Assembly (NCBI GenBank): GCA_000004695.1
Contig: CM000153.2
Span: forward strand, 4,768,001 to 4,832,000
Direction: 5' to 3'
Length of the DNA: 64,000 bases
Origin: Dictyostelium discoideum
Lineage: Eukaryota
Shown piece by piece: positions 1-12,658 of this stretch (position 1 is its first letter; each line of letters starts with the position of its first letter). The position numbers and the translations under genes were made by a program. Below the pieces are notes generated by a model. It was not told where the DNA came from. It saw only the letters and a program-made list of their open reading frames with translations, and made no database searches.

Positions 1-924
1 ATAAAATATTAATAATAATATTATAAATAAATATTAATTTTTTGTTATTTTTTTTTTTTTTATTACTATTAAAATAATGAATGAAACAATAAAATCTATA
101 TATACAATTTCGATGACTAAAATTTAATTATGTAAAAAAAAATAATTAAAAGGGTGGTTTTTTTTTTTTTTTAATTATTTTTTTTTTTTTTATTTTTTTT
201 TTTTTATTTTAATTTTTATTTTTTTATTTTTCCCAATATCTTTGCAAAATAGGTTCGTTTTCTGGAAGAATATTTTTATTATTTTTATTATTTTTTATTT
301 TTTTTTTTTTTAATTAGTTTTTAATTTAAATTTGAAAAAAAAAAATAAAATAAAAAGTTTAAATAAGATAAATTTTGAAAAAAAAAAAAAAAAAATTAAT
401 TTGAAAATAATTTTTTTAATTTGTGGTGTTATATTGAGACTTTTTTAGTTTTAAAACATGTCAAAAAAAAAAAAAAAACCATAAATTTCCAGAAATGTGG
501 GTTGGGAAATTTAATTTTCTTTTTATTTTGGATCATTATATAAATATAATAAAAGTAATTTAATGTTGTCATTATTAAAAAAAATTTTGTTTTTTTTTTC
601 TAATTTTATTTAATTTATTTTTTATTTTTTATTTTTTTTTTTAAAAAAAAAATTTATAAATTGAATTCTATATATACATTTATAAATAACTAATTTTATA
701 AATTTTTAGAAAAAATAAGGGTGGTCGGATATAAAAATTTCGGCATTTATGTGGTGAAAAGTAATTTTGTGCGCTGGTTTTATTTTTTTATTTCCCTTAA
801 AAAAAAAAATGATAGAAAAAAAAAAAAAAAATAAAAAAAAAAAAATAGAAAAAAAAATATACATACAACCAATTTATTTTTAAAATTATTTTTATTTTTT
901 TTTTTTTTTTATTTTTTTTTATTT

Positions 925-2804
925 TTATTTATAACCAGTTTGAGAATATTTAAATAAGTTATTTTTAAAATCGTCAACTGGAGTTGGTTGTAAATATCTT
1001 GGTTGTGATTGTTGTGGTTGTAATGGTGGTGATTGATTATTAGGGGAAGATGAAGATGACGATGACGGAGTTGGAGTTACAGTTTGTGATTTCTTTTTAC
1101 CAGAAAGACTAAACCTTCTAGATTTCTTTCTTTCATGTGAAGGTGGTTGTTGTGGTGAAGATGATAATGGTGTTGATAAAGGTTCAGAGGGTGGTAAATT
1201 AATTGGATCAGTATCTCTAACTCTATCCAGTATTGGACTTTTATGTTTAATTTTTAATTTCTCTAATTCTGTTTGTTGACTTAATATATGATTTTTATTA
1301 TCTCCTCCTCCTCCTCCTCCTCCTACTTCTAAATTATTTTTATTTTTATTATTATTATCGCTATTATTGTCGCTATTATTATTATTTTTTAATTGTTTTT
1401 CATAATCACCAATAGGTATTAACGAATTTGGGGTTGATGATATATTTGTCGAAATTGTAGTTAATGATATATTATTTTCGTCATTCTTTTCATAGTCATT
1501 ATTATTATTATTACTACTACTATTATTATTATTACCATCATTTGTAATCATACCTCTTCCTTCATTATTATTTCTATTTAAGAATTTAAATTTCCATAAT
1601 TTAATTGAACTTGAATAATATCCTAATGAGTCTAAAATTGGGAATAATGCAAATTCCTAATATAAAATAAAATAAAATATTAATATTATATTATTATTAT
1701 TATTATATTATTGTTGTTTGATTAAAAAAAAAAAAAAAAAAGATGCCATACCAAAACACCAATTAATAAAACTACTATATCAACGAAAAAGAAAGCATTA
1801 AATAATGCTTGACTTATTTTACCAATATTTAATGTGAAAATTAAAACTACTTTAATTGCTACTTCTAATGGTAAAAATGCTATAAAACTGAATTGTAATA
1901 ATCTAATTCTATTTATTAGTGACCTATTAATAATTGTTTTTGAGAATTTTCTTGATATAAAAACTATAATAAATAATTATTATTTTATTGGAAGGATGAC
2001 AAATAAAATATATTAGTAAACTTCATTTTGATACATGTATTTTGTGTTTTGTTTTGTTTTGTTTTTTTTTTTTTTTTTTCTTCCAACACTTACTAAAAAA
2101 TAATAAAAATAAAACATAAAATATAGCAAATGCAGCAGTGCTAACAATTGGTACTAAACATTTTGATTCTTCATTATCGAATACAGTATATGCTATATTA
2201 ACCTTATCATTTAATGCATCTAAAATTAATAATACAATATGAACAATAATCAATGGTAACGAACATATAAATGCACATAAATAAACATAATCATTTGGGT
2301 CTTCAAAATTTAATCTATTTGTAAAAATTCTAAAAATTCCACTCTGATTATTATTATTATTACGACCTTTATCTCTACTACAAAATTTTAAAAAGTATTT
2401 ATAAAAAAAAAAAAAAAATTAGTTTATATTTTAATAAATTATTATTTATTATTTATTATTGAATTTACATACTTTGTTTTTGATTTAAGTGTAAATAATA
2501 CAGATAAAAAGAATAAGGGTTCAGCTAAACCTACAGTAAAGAATAAATGTAAACCACAAATTGCAGCAGAATGTGATTTTATACCAAATAAACCATCTGT
2601 ATTCCAAAGGTATTCATTACCCAACATTAAAAATACAACCCATATAAATGCTGAACTTGCTAGTAATGCTCTTGATTTCCAATACATATTAAACTCTAAT
2701 TTTCTATTCTTTATAATCACTACTATCACACCAATTAAAAATAATAATACAATCAATACAATGACAAATTCAATAATACCTAATATCTTTTGCCATGATT
2801 CCAT
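925..2804 (-). CDS. Seven-transmembrane protein (~519 aa) with a long Asn/Ser/Pro-rich C-terminal tail; family not identified. complement(join(925..1656,1752..1963,2094..2377,2473..2804))
   Basis: ATG at 2804 (MESWQKILG...). Four exons joined by GTATGT/GTAAGT/GTATGG donors and T-rich AG acceptors, all phase-consistent. Seven predicted hydrophobic helices. The last exon equals track ORF 925..1551 extended upstream to 1656. Confidence 0.6.
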
Positions 2805-3304
2805 TTTTTTTTTTTTTTTTTTTTTTTATATCTTTATTTGAATTATATTATTACAGCGAAATTATTATTATTGTTTTTTTATTTTATTTTATTTTATTAT
2901 TTTATTTTATTATACATAGATATTTTTTTTTTTTTTTTTATCTTTTGTTTTGATCTTTTTTTTTTTTTATTAATTTTTTTTTTTTTTTTACAGATATAAA
3001 AAAAAAAAAAAAATTGGATGTGATTGATTATAGGAGTCAGAAAAAAAAAAAATTAATAATATGATTAAAAAATTTATTTATATTTTTACAACCAAATTAC
3101 CGTTAAAAAAAAAAAAAATTTTATTTTATTTTTTTTTTTTAATTTTTTTTTTTTTTTTTTCATTTTTATTTTTATTTTTATTTATTTTTATTTTTATTTT
3201 TATTTTTATTTTTTTTTAAAAATTTTTTAAAAGGGTGTTGTGTGTGATCACACAAAAATAAACATTTGATATCTCACAAAAATCTTACCAAAGATTTTTT
3301 TTTT

Positions 3305-3336
<32 letters not shown>

Positions 3337-3342
3337 TTTTTC

Positions 3343-3436
3343 TTTCCCTCACACCCACTAATCCAAAGATGTGGGAAACACTAAAATTTTTTTTTTTTTT
3401 TTTCCCTCATACCCACTAATCCAAAGATGTGGAATC
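3343..3436. repeat. Two copies of a ~34-bp C-rich direct repeat (TTTCCCTCA(C/T)ACCCACTAATCCAAAGATGTGG), 58 bp apart, in the 7TM-gene 5' / exchanger-gene 3' intergenic region
   Basis: 3343-3376 and 3401-3434. Each copy contains the 'CACCCAC…GTGGG' inverted arms and an ACACCCA (CA-rich element-like) core. A perfect 14-bp palindrome TGTGTGATCACACA lies nearby at ~3238-3251. Confidence 0.6.
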
Positions 3437-3484
3437 ACTAATTGTTATTTTAATATTTTTATTTTTTTTTTTATTTTTTTTATT

Positions 3485-3731
3485 TTAAGCAATTGGGTCA
3501 ATAACAGGTATATCACCTTCATCAATGTTTATATTATATTTATATTGTATTATTCCAGCTAATAAGAAAATAGCGAATAACATTAAACCATGTTGTTGTT
3601 TTATCTTGTTCACAAAATAACCAATACCAGATGCTGCAGCTGCACAAATTGTCAATAATATCAAGCATAATGAATATGTAGGTGATTCCCATTCAAATCC
3701 TTTAACAACTCCAAAGAAACAGAAAATCTAT

Positions 3732-3775
<44 letters not shown>

Positions 3776-4590
3776 AATACATTAGTTTAATTATAATTAA
3801 ATAAATAGAAATAGAAATAAAAATAAAAACTTACACCCATTAATAAAGTTGTTTTGGTTATTGTACCACCAATTAAATTTGAAAAAGCTATATTAATACT
3901 TTGAGAATGACCTTTTCTTGATAATGAAATTGATTCTAAGATTTCAGGCATTTCTGAAGCAATTGGAGCTAAAAAGAATGCTAATAAGATTGGATTAATT
4001 TCCCAAGATGATGCTAATGATACAATTGAGTCAATGAATGGTTTACTAAAGTAACAAATTAAAAGACCACCTAAAAATAAATAAAATACACCTTTATATA
4101 ATGGTTCGTCATGTTCATCTTCTTCATCGGTGTCTTCGTCGTCGGATTCTGTTGATGATGCTGTTGTTGATGCTGTCGTTTGTTCATTTGCACCATTCTT
4201 TCTTTCACCCATTTCAATATCACGATCTTCTTTTTTCTCGTCTTCTGGTAATTTATGAAATAATGAATATCCAATGAATATTAAATAATAGATTATTCCG
4301 AAAATACCAAAGAAAACATTATATCCAACCAATGATAAGAATAATGGTATCAATAATGATAATAGTAAAATTAAACATTGCTTTTTAACTGGTGGTTGTA
4401 ATTGAAATGATCCACCTTTTCTATTTCTTGTACCTAAAACTATACAACATCCCAACGCTACTGTACAAACTACAATACTACTACCACTAACTGCTCCAAC
4501 TGCAAATCTTGTATTATCACTTGTTAATGCTGTTATAAAGAAAATTGCTTCTGGTGCTAAAATATAATAGCAAAATATTAATTATATTAG

Positions 4591-4627
<37 letters not shown>

Positions 4628-4787
4628 TGTGTGAATTGCACTTACCTGTATTTAACCAAGCTATAATTAGACCACCAATAATTGAGGCATCATATTTCTT
4701 ACCAAGGATTTCACCACCTTCACCAACACACCAAGATGCAAAACAAAGAAATGCAAACGATAAAAATGCTGTGATAACTGGTGTCAT
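3485..4787 (-). CDS. CaCA-superfamily cation/Ca2+ exchanger-like membrane protein (~368 aa). complement(join(3485..3727,3835..4556,4646..4787))
   Basis: Two alpha-repeat-like motifs: 'AWLNTAPEAIFFI' spanning the exon1/exon2 junction and 'LAPIASEMPEILESIS' in exon 2, resembling the G(S/T)SxPE motif of NCX/YrbG. Multi-TM hydrophobicity and an acidic cytoplasmic loop (DDEDTDEEDEHDE). The true ATG is at 4787; the track start at 4823 is a TTG. The first intron contains (TA)11. Confidence 0.65.
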
Positions 4788-5021
4788 ATTAAATTTAATA
4801 AAAAAAAGGGTGTGAAAGTCCAACCTTTTTATTTTATAAAAACAAGAATTTTATTTTATTTTTTTTTTTTAATTTTTGAAAAAAAAAAAAAAAATTAAAA
4901 AATTATTTTGTTTTTTTAAAAATAATTTTCCAATAAAAGAAATAATAATAATGTTACAAATAAATTTAGATATTACAAAATTATATTTATATTTATACTA
5001 TAAACATTCGTTTTTTCAATT

Positions 5022-5059
<38 letters not shown>

Positions 5060-5187
5060 TCATTTGAAAATTAAATTGATTTTTTTATTTTTTTTTTTTT
5101 TTTTATTTTTATTTTTATTTTTATTTTTATTTTTATTTTTATTTTTATTTTTTTATTTTTATTTTTAATTTTAATTTTAACAAACCA

Positions 5188-5236
<49 letters not shown>

Positions 5237-5312
5237 CTAAACAGAAATAATAAAAATAAAATATTAATTAATTGGTTTTTTTTTTTTATTTTTTTTTATT
5301 TTTTTTTTTTTA

Positions 5313-6503
5313 TTAATAATTTGGATCAACTTTTTTTGATAATTTCATTAACATATAAGTGAAAATGAAAACTATTAAAACAAAAACAATGATAAGACAA
5401 TAGTTTAAAGTATCTTTTGTTGATTTTGATGTATAATCTTTTAAATTTAAATTTTGTCTTTGAATTTTTGAAGAACTTGTATCAACCAATTGACCAAGTT
5501 CATTTAATTTTTTATCTTCTTCCGATAGTTTTGTTGACATTGTATTTGAATGATTCTTTAAACTCTCTGAGTAATCTAATAGTTCAGATGTTAATAGCTC
5601 TTGTTGTAATCTTTGTTCCTCTGTTTTCTTTTCAAATGAATCATCATCCAATAACTCATTATTAAATAAATTATCATTCTCTGCTGCTTTATTACCTAAT
5701 AAACTCTTTAATTCTGAATTTCTATTTTGAAATTGATTTCTAAATCTTAATGCTGGTGATAAATTATTATTATTACTGCTACTAAAATTACTCCTATTTG
5801 GTGTTTTAATTATATTATTATTATTATTATTATTATTATTGCTATTATTATTATTGCTATTATCTACATTTTGTGGTATTAATTGGTCAATTTTCTTTTT
5901 TTCTTCTTTATTTCTTGTTTTCATTACAGTTTGAATTTCATCCATTTTCTTTGAATGTGAAATACTACTAGCTTGTAGACGTACGATACTGGGTTTATTT
6001 GAAATTGGTGAATTTAATTTCTCTTTATTTACAAGTCCAACTATTACATCTATCTTTCTAGAATATTCACTTAATGCTTCTTTTGATATAATATAATTTG
6101 ATGATGATGATGAGGGAGTAGATGTAGAAGATGATGGTGTTGTTGATGAAGATGAGGGAGAAGATAATTGAGCTATTTGGGGTGAACTTAATTGATTTGC
6201 AGTATTTGTATATAATTGAAATAATGGTGACGATAATGATTGTTGTTGCTGTTGTTGTTGCTGATGTTGATGTTGCTGTTTATTTTGTTCATACATTTTC
6301 TCATTTAATTGTTTTAATAGTGATAACATAGTTGGTATATATCTTTCAACTGTGAATGTATTATCAATGAGTACTGGTCTAATCTCACCTTCACCATTAA
6401 TAACATCAACTTTATCGTCATCCGCTATAATCTTTTCACATGATGATATTAATCTCTTTAAATTAATTTCTATCTTTTTAATATCACTTATATTTGTTGT
6501 CAT
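5313..6503 (-). CDS. Tail-anchored coiled-coil protein (396 aa) with a poly-Q/poly-N/Ser-rich middle and one C-terminal TM helix; possibly a SNARE-like (Use1/Sec20-type) protein.
   Basis: Single uninterrupted ORF from ATG 6503. The only hydrophobic helix (LIIVFVLIVFIFTYMLM) sits 10 residues from the C-terminus. It is preceded by heptad-like charged/Leu-rich sequence (…EEDKKLNELGQLVDTSSSKIQRQNLNLKD). Confidence 0.5.
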   Translation of the reverse strand: MTTNISDIKKIEINLKRLISSCEKIIADDDKVDVINGEGEIRPVLIDNTFTVERYIPTMLSLLKQLNEKMYEQNKQQHQHQQQQQQQQSLSSPLFQLYTNTANQLSSPQIAQLSSPSSSSTTPSSSTSTPSSSSSNYIISKEALSEYSRKIDVIVGLVNKEKLNSPISNKPSIVRLQASSISHSKKMDEIQTVMKTRNKEEKKKIDQLIPQNVDNSNNNNSNNNNNNNNNIIKTPNRSNFSSSNNNNLSPALRFRNQFQNRNSELKSLLGNKAAENDNLFNNELLDDDSFEKKTEEQRLQQELLTSELLDYSESLKNHSNTMSTKLSEEDKKLNELGQLVDTSSSKIQRQNLNLKDYTSKSTKDTLNYCLIIVFVLIVFIFTYMLMKLSKKVDPNY

Positions 6504-6577
6504 TGTAATTTATACATATATAAATATAATTATTTTTCTGTGTGTTTTTATTATTTTCATTTAAATGTTTGGAATTG

Positions 6578-6611
<34 letters not shown>

Positions 6612-6706
6612 ATTTTCTGTTTTTTTTTTTTTTTAATTAAAAAATAAAAATTAAAACCACAGACACGTGTGTTTATTGTGAGTCAAAAAATAAAAACAAA
6701 AATAAA

Positions 6707-7636
6707 ATGGATATTTATAGTTTTAAGAATATTCAAATTGTGACCACCTCAAAAGAATTGGTGGACATTGTTTCACTAAAGATTCAAAATAATTTTCAAA
6801 CAGATAAGCAAAATTCAATTAGTCATATTCGTTCCACATATATGAAAAAAGTTAAATGCGCATCACAGTTCTATAATGAAAAATTAAATCAAATTGTTAT
6901 TGATTTTCCATTTTTAGAAGTATGTACTTATAAAATAAAATATATTTAAAAATACATGTAAAATAAAATTAATTTTTTTAATTTTTTTAATTTTTTTTTT
7001 TATATAAATAAAGAATATTCATCCATTTTATAAAGATATTTTAAATAAAGAATGTGATTTAAATAAATATAAAATAGAATTGGATCAAATTAGTATTGTT
7101 ATAAATTCAATTATTAAAATAAAAAATAAATATTTAAAATTATTGAAATATAGTAATTCATTAAACCAATTTAAACAATTGGAAATAATTTCAATAAATA
7201 GAATTAATAAATTAATTTTAAATTATGAATCATCTTTAAAATATTTAGAACAATTTAGAAAACATTTATTAAATTTACCATCAATTAATGCAAATACACC
7301 AACGCTATTAATAATTGGGTATCCATTAGTTGGTAAATCAACATTAACGAATATTCTAACAATTGCAAATGTTAATGTTGAAACATTAACTTCAAATTTA
7401 TTATTCGTTGGTAATACAAATTTTCAAAATAATAATAATAATAATAGTATTTTACAAGTTATAGATACTCAAAGTATATTTGATCATCCATTAGTAGATG
7501 AAATTGAAATCAAGTCTATTAATGCATTAACTCATTTAAATTGTTGTATTTTATTTTTAATTGATATTTCTGAACAATGTGGTTATTCAATTAAAAAACA
7601 AGTAAAGTATAAAACATTTAAAAATGAAAAACTATT

Positions 7637-7699
<63 letters not shown>

Positions 7700-7979
7700 T
7701 AATTTTTTTTTTTTTTTTTTTTTTTTAATACATTAGGTTGATTTATTTTTAAATGTTCAATTATTATTTTCTGACAAACCATCATTGATTTTATTAAATA
7801 AAATTGATATAAAAAATCCCAACCATTTACCTGAAAATGATTGGAAATTATTAAAAAATTTGGAAAAACCAATAAATAGTAGTTTTGGTGGTATACAATT
7901 AATACCAATGTCAAATTTAATAAGTGATAGTATTTTAAAAGTTAAAGAGAAAGCATATAACACTTTAAATGGGATTTAA
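6707..7979 (+). CDS. NOG1-like nucleolar GTP-binding protein paralogue, truncated (~347 aa: NOG1 N-terminal domain plus G domain, no NOGCT C-terminal region). join(6707..6919,7014..7601,7737..7979)
   Basis: Colinear with NOG1: N-terminus 'YSFKNIQIVTTSKELVDIV…HIRSTYMKKVK'; 'IHPFYKDIL'; P-loop 'IIGYPLVGKST'; 'EQCGYSIKKQ|VDLFLNVQLLF…LILLNKIDIK' (NKxD). Donors are GTATGT (6920) and GTAAAG (7602); acceptors are aaag (7013) and cattag (7736). The second intron contains (ATA)n plus a T-run. Confidence 0.7.
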
Positions 7980-8483
7980 AATAAAAAAAAAAAAAAAAAA
8001 AAAACCTTTTTGGCAATAACCAAATTAAAAGAAAAAATAAAAAAATAAAAATAAAAAATTTGTTTATTATAATAAACATTGTTTCCTGTAATATATGTTC
8101 AAAATCATACGGTTGATTTTTTTTTTCTGAAAATGATGTTGGTTTTCTTTTTTTTTTTTTTTTTTTTTTTTTATAAAATGTAAAATGAAAGTGAACAACA
8201 AAAAAAAATACACTATTTTTAGGTTCCAAATATTCAAAATAATAGGCTAAATTTGCAATATTGTAAAACATAATCTCGATAGAAATACACAAAAGAAAAA
8301 AGGTTTATTTTTTTTTTTAAAAATTTTATTATCTTTTTTTTTCATTTAAATTTATTAAATTTAATTTAATTTTTTTTTTAATTAAATTATTGAAAAAAAA
8401 AAAAGTAAAGTAAACTTCAAAAAAAAAAAAAAAAGTAAATGGTTTAAATGAATGCTATTATTAGAACAAAAACCAAAATTATA

Positions 8484-8515
<32 letters not shown>

Positions 8516-8780
8516 CTTCACCTATTGAGGCTAATTTTGTAAAATTTAGATGTCAAAATCATTCCCAAATAGAAAAGGTCCATTATTTTAAAAAGAATGG
8601 TTTGTCCATGGACACTTTAATTAAATTTTAATAAAACATTTTTTTTAAAAACTTTTTTTTTTTTAATTGTGTCATACAACGTCATAGTAAAATATAAACT
8701 AATCTATTTTTAAAATTTTTTTTTTTTTTTTAAACCCAAAAATAAAAAAAAAAGTTAAAACACTTAGTAAGTTCTAAAAC

Positions 8781-8820
<40 letters not shown>

Positions 8821-9469
8821 TATAAAAGAGATAAAAAATATCTGTTTACTTTTTTTTTTCTAAACACTTTTTTATTTGAAAATAAGAAAAAAAAAAAAAA
8901 AAAAAATTAAAAAAAAAAAAAAAAAAAATAAAGACTATAAGTAATTTATTTTTTTGTGCATTGTTTATTATAATAAAATTTGACTGTTACATATCTTTTT
9001 TTTTTCACAGACTCTATTTTAAGCCTTTTTTTTTTTCAAAAAATATCTCCCAAATTGTGCCATTGCCCCTACTAAATTTTTTGAAAAAGTGTAAAAAAAA
9101 TAATGAGATTTCAATTCAGATTGAAATGTCGTTTATTATAATAAAATTACCAACCAATCAAATGATATAAAACTGATATTTTTTTTTTTTTTTTTTTTTT
9201 TCTGGGCTCGAAAGTTAATTTAAAATGACTCCACATAACTCGCACAATGAAAACTTTTAATCGGCCTATTTCTACTGAGATCAAAATAATTTAAATGAAA
9301 ATAATCCCCTAACTGTTTTCTTTTTTTTTTTTTATTTTTTTTTATTTAATTTTTTTTTTTTATTTTAATTTAAAAAAATTTTTTTTATTTTTTCGGTTAT
9401 AGATTTCCTTTTTTAAAGGGCGTGATACATATCTTTTTTATTTTTTTTTTTTTTTTCTAAAATTCTGAC

Positions 9470-9520
<51 letters not shown>

Positions 9521-10121
9521 AATATTTAATATTTTTTTTCTTTTTTCTTTTTTTTTTTTTCTTTTAGTTTAGTTTATGTGATTATTTCTGCAAAGTTACC
9601 AACCATTTTTAACACTTTTTTGTAAAATTTTGTAATTTTTTTTTTCAAATAAGTTTTTTTTTTTTTTTTTGTCATTTTATTTTCTTTTAAACTATTTTTT
9701 TTTTTTTATATTTTATAATAATAATTATTCTAAATATATAAAAATAAAATATTTTTATATATACAATAATTTTTTTTTTTATTTTAAAATATATATAAAT
9801 AGTTTAATAATTGTAAAATTATATTCACCAATTTTTTTTTTTAAAACATATATATAAATTTGGTTATAATTTTACATATTTTTTATTTTGGAGATTTTTT
9901 TAGATTTTTATTTTTCCACTGTATTATTATAAAACTTGACACTTTTTTCACAAATTTTTTTTTTTCACTGCGCAATCACACCATCCAAAAAAAATATCTT
10001 TTTCTTTTTTTTTCCAAAAATCACCCCATAATCATTTATTTATAAAAAAAAAAAAAATAGAAAACAAAAATAAAAAATAAAAAATATAAAAATAAAAAAT
10101 AAAAATATAAAAAATAAAAAC

Positions 10122-10153
<32 letters not shown>

Positions 10154-10202
10154 AAATAAATAAATAAATAAAATTCTTTATTTTTTTTTTTTTTTTTAAA
10201 AA

Positions 10203-11350
10203 ATGATAAAATTAATTTTATCATTAATATTTTTAATAATATGTTGTAATATAAATCCAAGTGAAAGTTTTAAATTAATCACATTAACAACTGGACCAAC
10301 AAGTGATTTAGGTTTTAATAATATGGTTAATCAAGGTAGAATAGGTGTTTCAAAAGCAATGAATATCGAAGATTCAAGAATATTTATTGTATCAGGTAGA
10401 AATGAAACTTATGCTTTGCTTTTACCATTGATTCAAAATGATGATATTGATTTAGTAATTTGTTCAAGTCAAGATCATGGCGATGCATGTAAAGAGATTG
10501 CAGCAATGTATATTGATAGTCCAACCATTAAAACCCAATTCTTAGTAAGAGGTAGTGGTGCAGCTACAAAGAATTTAATTCAAATCACTTACAACTATGC
10601 CTCAGTCAATTATATTAGTGGTATGTTTGCAGGTTTACAAACTGTAAAGAATAAGATTGGGTTCCTTTCACCTGGTTCCGCAGCCAACAATAATGACTCA
10701 TTTGTTTATGCATTTTGGATCGGTGCTAAGCAAGTGAATCCAGATGTTAAATTTTATTATTACAATATTGGTAGCTACCTCGACCAAGATAAAACCATAG
10801 CAGCAACTCAAGATCTTATCAATATCTATGGTTGTGATGTTATAGCCGATACATTGGACGATTTCTCTGCTGGTAATGTCGCAATCCAAAATAACCAATA
10901 TGCAATGGGTACCAATGGGTTCCCACAAAGAGATGTGTATGGTGAGAATGTAATTTTCAGTTATGCCTACAATTGGACAAAATATTTCTTACCTATCGCA
11001 GGTTCCGTTGCCAATGGTACTGTTCCAGGTAAATGGTATGCTGATTTCAATAAAGAAGATAATTATAATTTCTATGATCTTAGCTTTGGTTTCAAAGTTT
11101 CACAAAATACCAAAGATCTTCTCATCCAAAAAAGTCGTGTACTTGCTACAACCCCAAGAGCCGGTCATCCATATTATTGTAATGAATATATAGAACAATA
11201 CACTAAAAAATATAATTTACCAACACAAGCAGCTAATTCAAGTTGTATAAGTACTGCTGGTTTCTTTTATATTAATCAACCAGTTGGTGATATGATTTAT
11301 TTAGGTAGTTATAATATTAGATTATCAAAAGTAAGTAAAAAATTAAATTG

Positions 11351-11386
<36 letters not shown>

Positions 11387-12576
11387 CAGTTTTTTCCAAA
11401 AAAAAAAAAAAAATAAAAATTCTAATACATATTTTTTTTTTTTTATAAAAAAAGATTGAATTTTCAAGTTCAGTTCAAAAAGGTTTTTCAATTGTTTCAG
11501 GTTGTTTAATTGCATTTGTAATATTAATGATGGTTGGTATTGTATATTATAAAGATACACCATCAATTCGTTCAGCAAGTCCAATTTTCTTAAACTTTAG
11601 TTTAATTGGTGGTATTATAATTTATATTGGTATTATTATTTGGGTTGGACCAATTAGTACACATCAATGTAATGCAAGATTTTGGTTAGTTACACTCGGT
11701 TTCTCAACATTGATTGGTAGTTTGGTAGTTAAAAACTTTAGAATTTGGTTGATTTTTGATAATCCAGAATTGAAAGCAATTAAAATTACAAATTATCAAT
11801 TGTTCCCATGGGTTGGTTTATGTTTGGTGATTAATATAGTTTTAATGGCAATTCTAACATCGGTTGGTGATTTGAAGGCTATTGAAGCTCAAGGAATTGA
11901 TTCGTTGGGTAAATATGAGTATATGACAGTATGTAAAATGAATAGTGCTGGTGCATCAACATTGTATTCGATTTTGGCATATTTTGCAGCACTTTTATTG
12001 GTTGGTGTTTTTGTGTCATGGAAAATCCGTATTGTAGATATCGAGGAGTTTAACGAATCAAAAGCAATTGCTAATACACTCTATGCCGTTAGTTTCTGTT
12101 TATTCGTTATTGTGCCATTGATGATTTCACCACAAGAGAAACAATCCGAGACTATTATCCTCTGCGTTGCTGGTCTTTTCATTACGACCGCTGCTCTATT
12201 AATTGTTTTCATTCCAAAATTCTGGAGAGTTTTCATTTATGGTAAAGAAGGTACAAATGAAATGTTTAAACAAAAGAAATCATCATCAGTTGCAACTGCT
12301 CGTGCTGAAAGTTTAAGTAAAAATAGTTCAAATGGTGGTGCTCATAGTGGTGGTGGTGCTGTTAAAACTAATCGTAGAGGTAATATTGTATCTGGTGATT
12401 TCACTGATGATTCAGAATCATCACTATCTGAACCAAATAAACCAACTAAAAATAATGATGGTAATGTAAATGTTACAGCTGGTGCTGTTTTAGCTGAATT
12501 CACTGATGATACAATCTCTGAATTTGATGAAAATGAAGTTAATGAAGAACCTGTAAAAACAGAATCTCAAGAATAA
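10203..12576 (+). CDS. GABA-B-like class-C GPCR of the Dictyostelium Grl type: signal peptide, Bmp/periplasmic-binding-like ectodomain and a 7TM domain. join(10203..11330,11455..12576)
   Basis: Exon 1 encodes a signal peptide (MIKLILSLIFLIICC) and a ~370-aa ectodomain. Exon 2 encodes 7 TM helices with family-C-like features plus a Ser/Gly/acidic C-tail. GTAAGT donor at 11331; AG acceptor at 11453-54; phase 0. Confidence 0.7.
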
Positions 12577-12613
12577 AAAAAAAAAATAATAATAAATTAA
12601 AATAATAAGTTAA

Positions 12614-12658
<45 letters not shown>

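Noticed and set aside
718-790. GC-rich island 'taagggtggtcggatataaaaatttcggcatttatgtggtgaaaagtaattttgtgcgctggtttt'
   Set aside because: Considered as a small ncRNA (tRNA, class-I RNA, snoRNA). No cloverleaf, no C/D or H/ACA boxes, no class-I 11-nt motif. Left uncalled.
1834-2016. ORF 1834..2016 (+)
   Set aside because: Antisense of exon 3 of the 7TM gene (1752..1963).
4071-4274. ORF 4071..4274 (-) nested inside the exchanger gene
   Set aside because: Different frame of exon 2 of the CaCA gene, running through its acidic loop (poly-H/Q artefact).
7699-7963. Minus-strand ORFs 7699..7914 and 7757..7963
   Set aside because: They overlap exon 3 and the intron of the NOG1-like gene on the opposite strand; low-complexity K/F-rich; no splice logic.
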